From Euglena gracilis (Eukaryota), in assembly GCA_039621445.1 (NCBI GenBank), contig CP154954.1, forward strand, positions 26,486,954 to 26,550,953: a stretch of DNA of 64,000 nt. The letters are read 5' to 3'. The notes below the pieces were generated by a model, which saw nothing but the letters and a program-made list of their open reading frames with translations, ran no database searches and was not told where the DNA came from. A program made the translations under genes and the position numbers. Within the stretch, counting starts at the first letter, position 1, and every line of letters begins with the position of its first letter. Below are positions 12,701 through 24,700 of this stretch, in pieces.

Positions 12701-15700
12701 TGGGCAAACAATACTCTTTTATTTGATGGATGGATGCAGGATGTGCAATAAGTTATAAAAAGAATGAAACGTAAATGTTGTCACCCGATTATGCGATGTA
12801 TTTCCGAGAAGCGAAAAATCGACTCACAAGAATGACGAGGATGTATGAACGCCGAGATGACTGGTGCACTGGTGCAATTCCGCAAAGAAAATTGTGTAAA
12901 TGACTTCCAATTCTTTCTCTTCTGAGTCCCCAGAGTTTCATGGGATGGGAATGTTCCCCCTTGTTACCCCAAGGTTCCAAGGCACACAAAAAAAAGTGGC
13001 AGAATCTTCCGCTCTCCAAATGCCCCACACAAATGTCCTTTTGGCCATCTGCCACCCCCAGCGCTCAGAGCTCTTAAGGTGGTGTGACTTGAAAAGAACT
13101 GCAGGGAGGGTAAGAAATGATACAATCCTCCCCAGGGAATACACATCCCAAACATATGGCCTGTGAATATGTGTGTGTGAATATATATAACATAAAAATA
13201 CTATATATAACATATAATACTAAATATAAACAGCGAAGAAACGAAACACACCGTGGGTTGAGTTGCACGTGGGGGGTCTAAAAGGGTCTATAAAAAAAAA
13301 GGTTGGAGGGCACCCGGGACCCAAATAAGGTCAATCTTTTCTTTACGCCCTGTGCTTTGCGCCAAAAATTTGGGCAATTTGATATTGTTTTGCTCAAAAA
13401 AAAAGTACAAAAATTGGCATTTGGTCGATTTTTGGCCGATTTTGGGTACAAAATTTTTCGGCCCAGCGCTCAGCACCAGGCCAAACCTCCGAAGAAAGTG
13501 TCCTTCAACCGGGGGGGGGGGTCGTTCGACATTGGGGGGTTGTTGGACATAGAGGGGGGAGGAGGGTAGTTTAAGGGTGCCGCTTATGTTTGGGGGTTTC
13601 CCAAAGCCTGACTGGTCGGCCCACCAAACAACCAAAATGATTATTCAACTTGCCATCTGCCCAAAGGGAAAAAGGCAGGCTTAAAACCAAGGGAAGTAAG
13701 TTGAGTGATTTCCCCAACGGAGGAATTGGCAGGGAGCAGGGAGGGAATTGATATGAAAGGTCTTCGGAAGAACTGTGGGAAAATTGTGGAAAAACTGCGG
13801 GAGTTGCAGGTTTGGGGGTTGGCACACTTCCTCTGGAAGGGACTTCAAAAATTGCACAAATTTGGCCATTTTGCAACATAGATGTAAATTTTGAGCCGTT
13901 ATTCACATTCTTTCCAACAAAAAGGTCCAAGAAAAGGAATTTTTGTAATTTTGGGAACATGCTGATTCTGGAAATATGGAATTCCTTGGATGAAGCATCC
14001 AAAAATGGCAAAAAAAAATGACAAGAACTTTGTTATCAGGTAGAATATGGTCAGGATTTAAAATTTTCTCAGTCCGAAATTATTTCCCAGCAGAACTCGG
14101 GGAAAACACTACAAACAGGCCAAAAATTTGCCAAAATTTGTTCAAAATTTGCAAAATTTGGCAAATTTTGGCAAGCATGCAACAAAATAAACACTCCCCC
14201 CAATAGCACCCCCCCCCCAACCCCCCCTCGGGGTCCGATTTCGGGGACCGAATTTATACCCCCCCCCCAATTTCGGGCCAACGACCCAAGAATCACAATC
14301 TCTGAAAACAAATTACGAAAAAAAATATTTTTCTGGATCGTCTCGCCGCCAAAAATGCCAAATTTCATGAAAAAGTGAAGAAGGAAAAAAAAAGACCCCA
14401 AAGGGGGTTTTGGGTACTATTTTGGGTCCTGTGGGGCTTCAAAGATTTGGAAAATTTTGGGGTGCCATTACCCCCCAAATAATACCCCCCCCTCGGGCCG
14501 GGACTTCGAGCGAAAAAAAATAATACCCGGGGGGGGGGGTATTATTTGAGGGAGGTAAGCAAAAAAAGCACCTGGATACCCTTATGAAACGTTCGAGAAG
14601 TGACCGGAACTCATTTTACCTTTGCATTTCAGGTTCATGCAAAGAAAACTGCAGAAAGGGGGGAAAATGCGGGGAAATTGCAGAAAATTTGTGGAAATTG
14701 CGGGGAAATTGCGGAAATCGCGCAAATTGCGGAAAATTGCAGAAATTGTGGGAAATTTGCGGATATCAATCCGCCGAGCGGGGGAGGATACGACACAGCA
14801 ATGGGGCTCCGTCCTGGGCAGCTGAAGGGGTGGCAGTTGGGGTCCCACTTGGCGTGGCGGACGGTGTGCCGGTGGGCGTCGCCGACGGTGTGCTGGTGGG
14901 GGTGCCAGACGGCGTCGCGGAGGGCGTGCCTGTCGGAGTGGCCGAGGGCGTCGTTGTTGGTGTGCCGGAGGGCGTCACGGACGGGGTGGCGGTGGGCGTG
15001 GCGGACGGTGTGGCGGAAGGCGTGCCGGTGGGCGTGGCGGATGGGGTGGTGGTGGGCGTGCCGGAAGGGGTGGCGGTTGGAGTGGCGGTTGGGGTGGCGG
15101 ATGGGGTGGTGGTGGGGGTGCCGGACGGCGTGGCGGAGGGTGTGCCGGTTGGCGTCGTGGACGGTGTGGCGGAGGGCGTGCCAGTTGGGGTGGGGGCAGA
15201 AGCAGAGCTCTGAATGGAAATGGGTTCCAGAAGATCATGAAAGGAAGCTGAGATAAGAATGTCATCCAAATGAATATCTCCCCCCTTGTCTGCAATGTGG
15301 CTATTGGTTTGACGCCTGTTATCCTGTATTCTGGCCTGGCGCTGCTTTTCGCCTCTGGCCCTTTTTGTCTATGTGCGTGGAGGTGGCCGGAGCCTGGCGG
15401 GACTGACTTTGTTTACGACGCTGTCCACCGTGTCCACCAAGTGGCTGCCAGGCACACACTCCACTTTAGTTGGGTGGGGGGTCTTCTTCACCGTGACTAC
15501 GCTCTGGTTACTCCAGTCCATGACCCCAGCAGGTGTGGTTCCCAAGTCAGTGGACGAGTCCCCTGAGTTGGAAAGGAACTTGTGGGTGGGTCTGTCCTAG
15601 GCCCGAAGGCACCTCATGGGGCAGCCCTGTCCCGCGAGTACACCCACTTGGAATCTGGTCAAGAACCCCCCTCCTGGGGACAAAGGCAAACCTAATTTCA

Positions 15701-18700
15701 CCTACCCCCCCCCCCCCCCGGAAGCTGTCACCTGAGAGGTCGGTACGAGACCAGAACAGGGCGTCGCTAAACCATCCAGGGGGGTCCAGCTGAGAGGCTG
15801 GAACATATGGGCTGGTTGGGAAAAGGCTGCTAGCTGACCCCCCCCCCACAGGGCTGAAACGAGCCCCGACCCGGGGACGACGACATGGGTGGCAAAAATC
15901 GAAACTGCAAAAATGTCCCCCAAAAACAGCCAATTATGCAAGAAGTCGTTTGTTTGACCGAAAATTATCCTGGCCCGCCCATTTCCGACCCATCTCCTCC
16001 CCATTTTTATCCCATTGATTACACCCCAAAAATAAAAATAAAATGGCAGCTGGAAAATAGCTAAAACTCGTCAATGGGGGGGAGGGCGGTTCGACGCTGG
16101 AAAAAGCCCCCCCCCTCCATCCTGGTGGGGGATGGGATGTCCTCCAGCTAAAGTGATGCGTGGCACCGGAAATCCTGACAACTTCCTGCTGTGACAGATT
16201 GGCTGGTACCAGGGACCTTGACAATTTCCCAGATGGGAAACTGCCAGGTTCCCTTCAGGCTCACTCTGGGAAAACGTTGAACACAAGCATTTTGAAACAC
16301 TAAAAAAAAAGGCCTTAAACTATGGCAACAGAAATTGTGTGTTTGGGGTCCGTTTTCATGCAGACCTTTGTGTTGTTGGTCAGACATGTAAATCAGGTGT
16401 TCGACGAAGGGGTTGCCATAACTCTTTTTTAGCAGTGGGCAAACAATACTCTTTTATTTGATGGATGGATGCAGGGTGTGCAATAAGTTATAAAAAGAAT
16501 GAAACGTAAATGTTGTCACCCGATTATGCGATGTATTTCCGAGAAGCGAAAAATCGACTCACAAGAATGACGAGGATGTGTGAACGCCGAGATGACTGGT
16601 GCACTGGTGCAATTCCGTAAAGAAAATTGTGTAAATGAGTTCCAATTCTTTCTTTTCTGAGTCCCCAGAGTTTCATGGGATGGGAATGTTCCCCCTTGTT
16701 ACCCCAAGGTTCCAAGGCACACAAAAAAAAAGTGGCAGAATCTTCCGCTCTCCAAATGCCCCACACAAATGTCCTTTTGGCCATCTGCCACCCCCAGCGC
16801 TCAGAGCTCTTAAGGTGGTGTGACTTGAAAAGAACTGCAGGGAGGGTGACAAATGATACAATCGTCCCCAGGGAATACACATCCCAAACATACGGCCTGT
16901 GAATATGTGTGTGTGAATATATATAACATATAATACTATATATAACATATAATACTAAATATAAACAGCAAAGAAACGAAACACATCTGGGGGGTCTAAA
17001 AGGGTCTAAAAAAAAAAGGTTGGAGGGCACCCGGGACCCAAATAAGGTCAATCTTTTCTTTACGCCCTGTGCTTTGCGCCAAAAATTTGGGCAATTTGAT
17101 ATTGTTTTGCTCAAAAAAAAGTACCAAAATTGGCATTTGGCCGATTTTTGGCCGATTTTGGGTACAAAATTTTTCGGCCCGGCGCTCAGCACCAGGCCAA
17201 ACCTCCGAAGAAAGTGTCCTTCAACCGGGGGGGGGGGTCGTTCGACATTGGGGGGTTGTTGGACATAGAGGGGGGAGGAGGGTAATTTAAGGGTGCCGCT
17301 TATGTTTGGGGGTTTCCCAAAGCCTGACTGGTCGGCCCACCAAACAACCAAAATGATTATTCAACTTGCCATCTGCCCGAAGGGAAAAAGGCAGGCTTAA
17401 AACCAAGGGAAGTAAGTTGAGTGATTTCCCCAACGGAGGAATTGGCAGGGAGCAGGGAGGGAATTGATATGAAAGGTCTTTGGAAGAACTGTGGGAAAAT
17501 TGTGGAAAAACTGCGGGAGTTGCAGGTTTGGGGGTTGGCACACTTCCTCTGGAAGGGACTTCAAAAATTGCACAAATTTGGCCATTTTGCAACATAGATG
17601 TAAACTTTGAGCCGTTATTCACATTCTACCAACAAAAAGGTCCAAGAAAATGGATTTTTGTACACCCCCCCCCTATGTCCAATGACCGGTAACCTCTGTC
17701 CTCCGACCGGGGGGGGGGTCGTTGGACATAGGGTAGTGACCAAAAAGGTGTCCTCTGACCGGGGGGGGGGGGGTTGTTGGACACAGGGTCAAAAGAAATT
17801 TCGGTGGGTACCCGGGTCCCTACCCACCCAAAAATGCCCAAATTTTCCCTTCCGGCGCTTCGCGCCGAAAATTTTGGGCAATTTTGACAAATTTTTGTCC
17901 AAAAAGTGTCAAAAATGGCATTTTGGCCAAATTTTTGGCCAATTTTTGGGCAAAATTTTTCGTCCCGGCGCTTCACGCTGGGACCAAAAAAAATGGTCAA
18001 ACCTCCGAAAAGGTGTCCTCTGACGGGGGGGTGGTCATTGGACATAGGGGGGTCGTGGACATAGGGGGGGGGGTAATTTTGGGAACATGGTGATTCTGGA
18101 AATATGGAACTCCTTGGATGAAGCATCCAAAAATGGCAAAAAAAATGACAAGAACTTTGTTATCAAGTAAAATATGGTCAGGATGTAAAATTTTCTCAGT
18201 CCGAAATTATTTCCCAGCAGAACTCGGGGAAAACACTACAAACAGGCCAAAAATTTGTCAAAATTTGTTCAAAATTTGCAAAATTTCGCAAATTTTGGTA
18301 AACAGGCCAGAAATTTGCCGAAATTTGTTCAAAATTTGCAAAATTTGGCAAATTTTGGCAAGCATGCAACAAAATAAACACTCCCCCCAATAGCACCGCA
18401 CAACCCCACCAATAAAAACACATCTGGGGGTCCGATTTTTCGGGGAAACAGTATCGCCGAATTAATACCATAGGCCCCCCCCCCCCCCCCCAATTTCGGG
18501 CCAACGACCCAAAAATCACAATCTCTGACAACAAATTACGAAAAAAAATATTTTTCTGGATCGTCTGGCCGCCAAAAATGCCAAATTTCATGAAAAAGTG
18601 AAGAAGAAAAAAAAAGACCCCAAAGGGGGTTTTGGGTACTATTTTGGGTCCTGCGGGGCTTCAAAGATTTGGAAAATTTTGGGGTGCCATTACCCCCCAA

Positions 18701-21700
18701 ATAATACCCCCCCCTCGGGCCGGGACTTCGGGCGAAAAAAAATAATACCCGGGGGGGGGTATTATTTGAGGGAGGTAAGCAAAAAAAGCACCTGGATGCC
18801 CTTATGAAACGTTCGAGAAGTGACCGGAACTCATTTTACCTTTGCATTTCAGGTTCATGCAAAGAAAACTGCAGAAAGGGGGGAAAATGCGGGGAAATTG
18901 CAGAAAATTTGTGGAAATTGCAGGGAAATTGCGGAAAATCACGCAAATTGCGGAAAATTGCAGAAATTGTGGGAAATTTGCGGATATCAATCCGCCGAGC
19001 GGGGGAGGATACGACACAGCAATGGGGCTCCATCCTGGGCAGCTGAAGGGGTGGCAGTTGGGGTCCCACTTGGCGTGGCGGACGGTGTGCCGGTGGGCGT
19101 CGCCGACGGTGTGCTGGTGGGGGTGCCAGACGGCGTCGCGGAGGGCGTGCCTGTCGGAGTGGCCGAGGGCGTCGTTGTTGGTGTGCCGGAGGGCGTCGCG
19201 GACGGTGTGGCGGTGGGCGTGGCGGACGGTGTGGCGGAAGGCGTGCCGGTGGGCGTGGCGGATGGGGTGGTGGTGGGCGTGCCGGAAGGGGTGGCGGTTG
19301 GAGTGGCGGTTGGGGTGGCGGATGGGGTGGTGGTGGGGGTGCCGGACGGCGTGGCGGAGGGTGTGCCAGTTGGCGTCGCGGACGGTGTGGCGGAGGGCGT
19401 GCCAGTTGGGGTGGGGGCAGAAGCAGAGCCATAACGGCTGACAGGTTTGCTGGTATTGGCGGGGGAAAAATCCAAGAATTCTGTGAATCCAGTGGAAATG
19501 CACGGTGTGCGCTATTTTCCGCTGTTGTTGCTTGGGTAGAATTTCTCGACCCATTTCAGCGCTCGAAGTGGAGTTTAAGGCCAGGGGGAAAATTACCATT
19601 TTGGAATTGCTTTAGGGGAGGGGGGGGGTAGCGAACGGGTAACTGGTGAGTTCTTCTTTGGGTACCCTCCAGGTCCAACCTCTCATCCTCCTCCCAGATC
19701 CCTTTTCCCAGGTCCCTCCCATTAGGCTCCCAGGATTTTCTTCATTTATTTGAAATATTTGGTGAACTGCATGTGCTCGACCATCTATCATTTTTTCTTC
19801 TCCCACTGATCAGCTTCCAGTGCTCCCGCTGTTCCATTCTGCTAAATTGATGTGAGGTTAGCACTGCCTACTCTAACAGTTCTGTGTACTTTACCTTCAA
19901 CACTTTCTTGTTTATGATTCCAAAACCCTCGGGGGAGGGTCCTGTGTAACCTTGTATGAGATATTATTTATCACAGATTTTGAAGCTTTGCTGGAGTAAA
20001 TTTCTACCGATTCCAAATCAGACCAAATGGAATATGTAATATGTTCGAAAAATTCACCAAATCTATAAAAAAAATTTGGCCGCCTCTGACACACTCTTGG
20101 GGGGGGGGGTCTGTATGGTTGCACTGGAGTGGTGTGACCTGCGGCCGGGACCACAGGTGTGTATCCAGGCTAAGTCGTCAGCTGGCTGCAGGGTGCGATC
20201 CATGAGAGACCGAAACGCTGAGAAACTGAAATCTGCGAGAAACCCTTTGCAAAAGAAAACAACCGCCGAGGTCCGCATATTTAGCCCCCCCCCCCCCCCG
20301 AAACTGTCATATAACTGGTCAACGGCTCCCCCATCCCCCAACCGAAACCTATTTCTTGGTAAACCATTACCAGTGGGGGGGGTGCATGAGATTGTGACCT
20401 CTTCAAAGAACAATTTCTTCCACATTCATACGCCACAGAAACAGAAAAAATTCATATGACCCTAAGAGGGGGTGAAAAATATCGTTTTTTTTTAACGAAA
20501 TACCACTGTACAGCTATATACCAATATAGATAGAACCCCCGAACCACGAAATACCAATATGGATAGAACCCCCCCTGAAGTGGACCCCCCCACCCTAAAC
20601 ACCGGCTCCTTTCTGGGCGGCCGAAGGGGTATCCGTGGGTGTCCCGGATGGGGTGGTGGATGGGGTGCCAGTGGGTGTTGCGGAAGGTGTGCTAGTGGGC
20701 GTGTTGGATGGCGTTGCGGAGGGGGTGCCGGTTGGTGTTGCCGACGGGGTGGCGGTGGGAGTGCCGGAGGGTGTCGCCGAGGGGGTGCTGGTGGGGGTGC
20801 CAGAGGGTGTGCTGGTGGGCGTTCCAGTTGGGGTGGGGGCAGAAGCAGAGCGCGGGATTGGAAACAAAACCCCACGCAAAATATAAATAAATAAATACCT
20901 GGGAATACTATTTGGGTATCCGATGTCAGGGGCTGGAGGGGAATATTACTTGGGCATATTTTTCACACTGGAAAATACACCCCTCCCCCAAAACGTACAT
21001 TTAAACATAATTTCTGTGCTTTGTGCGGGCAGCCGAAGCAAGGGGGGGTATGGCATTTTTTAGGAGTGGACTCCTTCGGGGGTAGGATGCAGCGCCTTGT
21101 GCACTGTGGCTTTACCCCCTTGTTTCAAGGCTGCGCCGTTGGCACCAGGCTTTTGCTCAAGGACCCCGGGGGGGTCCACTGGCTGGAATTTGGACTAGCT
21201 AGAAAAAGTGGACTAGCTAGACCCCCCTCCCCCCCGGGGGGGGGGGTCCGGGGTCCCCCAACTGGAAATAAAATTTCCTCCGGCGCTGTGCGCCGAGGTG
21301 GAAATGAGGCTTTTAATAGGTTTTTGGCTGATTTTGTTCCAAAAATTCCCAAAAATGGCCAAAAAGGGGCATTTTTTGGCCATTTTTGGGGGGTCCCAAA
21401 AAAAATCCGGCGCTTTGCGCCGGTCACTGGCAGACTGGAAAAGAATTTCACTTGCTAGGGGGGGGGGTCTGCTAGAAATCCCATTAGCCAAATTTGGACT
21501 AGCTGCAGTCCAGCCCCCCCGGGGGAGTACTGCAATCCCTTAAGCAGAAGCCTGGTTGGCACAGAGAACGTGTCAAAAATGTTCTCGTCACAGCACTTCG
21601 ACGGGGAAAAACCTCCAACTGGAATGTGCTGTTGACATGGGGCAGGTGAATGCGCTCAGCAGGGGGATCTGGAACCAGAACCCCTGGCCGCTACTGCTTG

Positions 21701-24700
21701 GGCTTTGACGGGACAGACTTGACGGGACAGAGGATTTTGGGAATCAAAAAAAAATTACAGCGCACATCGATGGGGCTCCGTCCTGGCCGGCTGAAGGGGT
21801 GGCTGTGGGCGTGCCTGATGGCGTGGCAGTTGGGGTTCCGGTGGGCGTCGCCGACGGTGTGGTGGTGGGCGTGCCAGTGGGAGTTGCTGAGGGCGTGCCC
21901 GTTGGTGTCGCCGATGGCGTGCCAGTGGGGGTGCCGGAGGGGGTCGCCGAGGGGGTACCGGTGGGGGTGCCGGACGGTGTGGCGGACGGTGTGTCGGTGG
22001 GCGTGCCGGAATTTGGGTGCTGCAAACTGCCTAAGTTTTGGCCACAATGGTCGTTGATGTGCACCGATAGAGCGCTTTGATTTGTGTAATTTGTTCCGCT
22101 CAAACTCACACTGGTACAAATGAGTAGATCTTTGACAGGGTAGCATGAATTTTGACATGCACACCCAAATTGCAAGTGATGATGGGGGCCACTTTTTGAA
22201 AGTCCTAGAAGGTGGCGCCCATGCCCGTAAAACGTTGTTGGGATGTGGTCAGGTAACCCAGGACCGCAGGGGAAATGCAAGGACTTTGAACATTAGGGTA
22301 CCTTGGAGCAGGTGTCCCCACAGAATACAGGGCATGAACACCTTGCATGTGTGTTCGGGAACCTTCGAACGGCTGCCTCATCAACTCAGGATGCTCTGGA
22401 ACGATTTGGGGAGGTGAGACCAGGCCTTCACAATGCATACACTTTGACTTCCGAGAAAAAATTGTTGGTTACTTTGCAAACAAAAGAACCACTTGCGCAA
22501 ATGCGCACAGGAACCACTGTAACTGCCACAACGGTTTGTGCAGCTGCTGGAAGGCCGGAACGGACAGTTTCTGCACTTGAGCAAATGCTTCCTTTTCGCA
22601 TTTGTGCAAAAGAATATTGTGCGACACCAGTTTGGAATAGGAATCAGAATATTGTGTGATATAATTTTCTGCAATTATGCGAATACATCAACACGTTGAT
22701 TTAATGGAAATTGAATATGGCAAAGGACCTACCTGTCTTCTGGGACCAAATTTGGGCTTCTGCAGTTGAGCCTGTGAAAAACCATTTCTGACCCTGAAGC
22801 GTCAAAATAAACGGAACCTGAGGTTTTACTCTCGAAAAAATGAGTTGAAAGGTGCCCTTTATCCCTGGTAGTTTTTCGAAAAGTGAGGTGCAGTACATTG
22901 CCTGCGAATGGGATCTTTTGCTGACTGAAAAAAAAAATTGCGCTTAGGGGGGCATATGATGCAATATGTTGGCATGCTTTTTTGGCAAACACAGATATGC
23001 TGTGCAAACATCTCCATTTTGTGGACGCGGTGTTTCCACTGTCCTCCTGTCTCAGAAGTCCACCCTGTTAAGGATTGAAAACAATGAAATTAACTTTGGA
23101 ACACTTGCCCCAAGAAAATTCACAAATGAACTGCTCCTATGCGCAATTGCACACAAAGGAAGCATTTGGGGAACACAGCAATGTTCATGGGGAAGGGGCC
23201 CAGCACCATCGGAACACAGGAGAGGGAATTATTTTACAGCTCCAAAAGGCAGGCATAGGAGGTTGTTGTTGGTTTTGAAACGGTTCCTTTGTGCATTTGT
23301 GCAAAAGAACCCTGTTTATTGCTGCTGTGTGAGTCTCACAGAGTCTCAGTGTAAATGGGTCGATGTGGCTGACCTGCACAGAGCTGAACTGGTAACCAGA
23401 ATTTTTAGAGTTCTCTAACATTCTGCTTCAACCTGCAAAACAAACTCCTCTCATAACAAACTTCAAAAAACCCCCCACACTGTGCTGCATGGCAAACAAA
23501 AAGCAAGCAAAAGGGTGGACCTTTCACTCGGCCTCCATACCACCTGGCACTGGTAGTTGTCAGACAGGCAATGGAATCAGGGGTTTGGGGGTAATTTTGC
23601 GGAATCCATTGTTTCCCAGATATCAACTTCAGGAAACAAGAACTCTGCACCATGTTTCGGAGGGTCAAAAACATCAAATTTCGGCCTTTCCCCTGGGCCT
23701 GACCCCCGAAAAATTGTACAAATCCACATGAAACGTGAAACAGGAATTCCTTTGCGCAAAAGGGCACAGGAACACAACAAATTTTAAATGCTGGCAAGGG
23801 TCAAAAACTTGCTCCATTCACTCAATGGACGTGACTTGTAAAATGAACAAAAATTAAAAGTTTCCCCAAAGACTTTTACTCACCCCCACACAAATCATGG
23901 AGATGCGCAAATGGCTCACACAGATAGGCCAGGCCGTTGATTTCATACGGCGTGGTGATCCGAGATCCACTGCCTAAGGCTGGTTCAGGGGTGAGGTCCA
24001 TTCCGACTGAAGGGACGACCTGATTTTTCTTCCGACACAATGCATCCGACACCTGAGGCAAGGTCGACACTTATTTGGAGGGGGCAAAAGACGAACACCA
24101 TTTTCTTCAGTCCTGGTACCACGAGAAGGAGATGGGCATGTGCATTAAGCGCCGCAAGGTGAATTAGAGATGTTCATTTGGAGACCCATAGTACCCATCG
24201 CAGGGAAGTGGGATTCGAAATGGCGTTGACGTTCTTTCACTTAACTGGCGCAACAGGACAACGGAAGGATTTGCAGCGCCCGAAACAGATGGTGTGGCAG
24301 TCGGGGTCCCACTTGGCGTGGCAGTTGGGGTTCCGGTGGGCGTCGCAGACGGTGTGGTGGTGGGCGTGCCAGTGGGAGTTGCCGAGGGCGTGCCCGTGGG
24401 TGTCGCCGACGGCGTGCCAGTGGGGGTGCCGGAGGGGGTCGCCGAGGGGGTACCGGTGGGGGTGCCGGACGGTGTGGCAGACGGTGTGTCGGTGGGCGTG
24501 CCGGAAGGCGTGGCCGTGGGCGTGCCCGAGGGTGTGGCGGAGGGCGTAGACGTCGCTGTGGCGGATGGGGTGGCGGTGGGGGTGCCGGACGGTGTGGCGG
24601 ACGGTGTGCCGGTGGGCGTAGCAGACGGCGTGGCGGATGGCGTCCCAGTTGGGGTGGGGGCAGGGGCGGAGCTTCATAGAACACACCATCATTATCCCAG

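Larger units (their letters stand above)
4064..19428. repeat. Tandem segmental duplication of an exon+intron unit (periods 3029, 4012, 3715, 4221 bp)
   Basis: Near-identical exons start at 4064, 7093, 11105, 14820 and 19041, and the intervening intron sequences align closely. Confidence 0.95.

Noticed and set aside
22050-24250. Assorted 60-150 aa ORFs in intron interiors, and K/F/G/P-rich ORFs in MITEs
   Set aside because: No recognisable motifs, and composition is driven by homopolymer runs. No transposase, rRNA or tRNA was recognised anywhere in the window.
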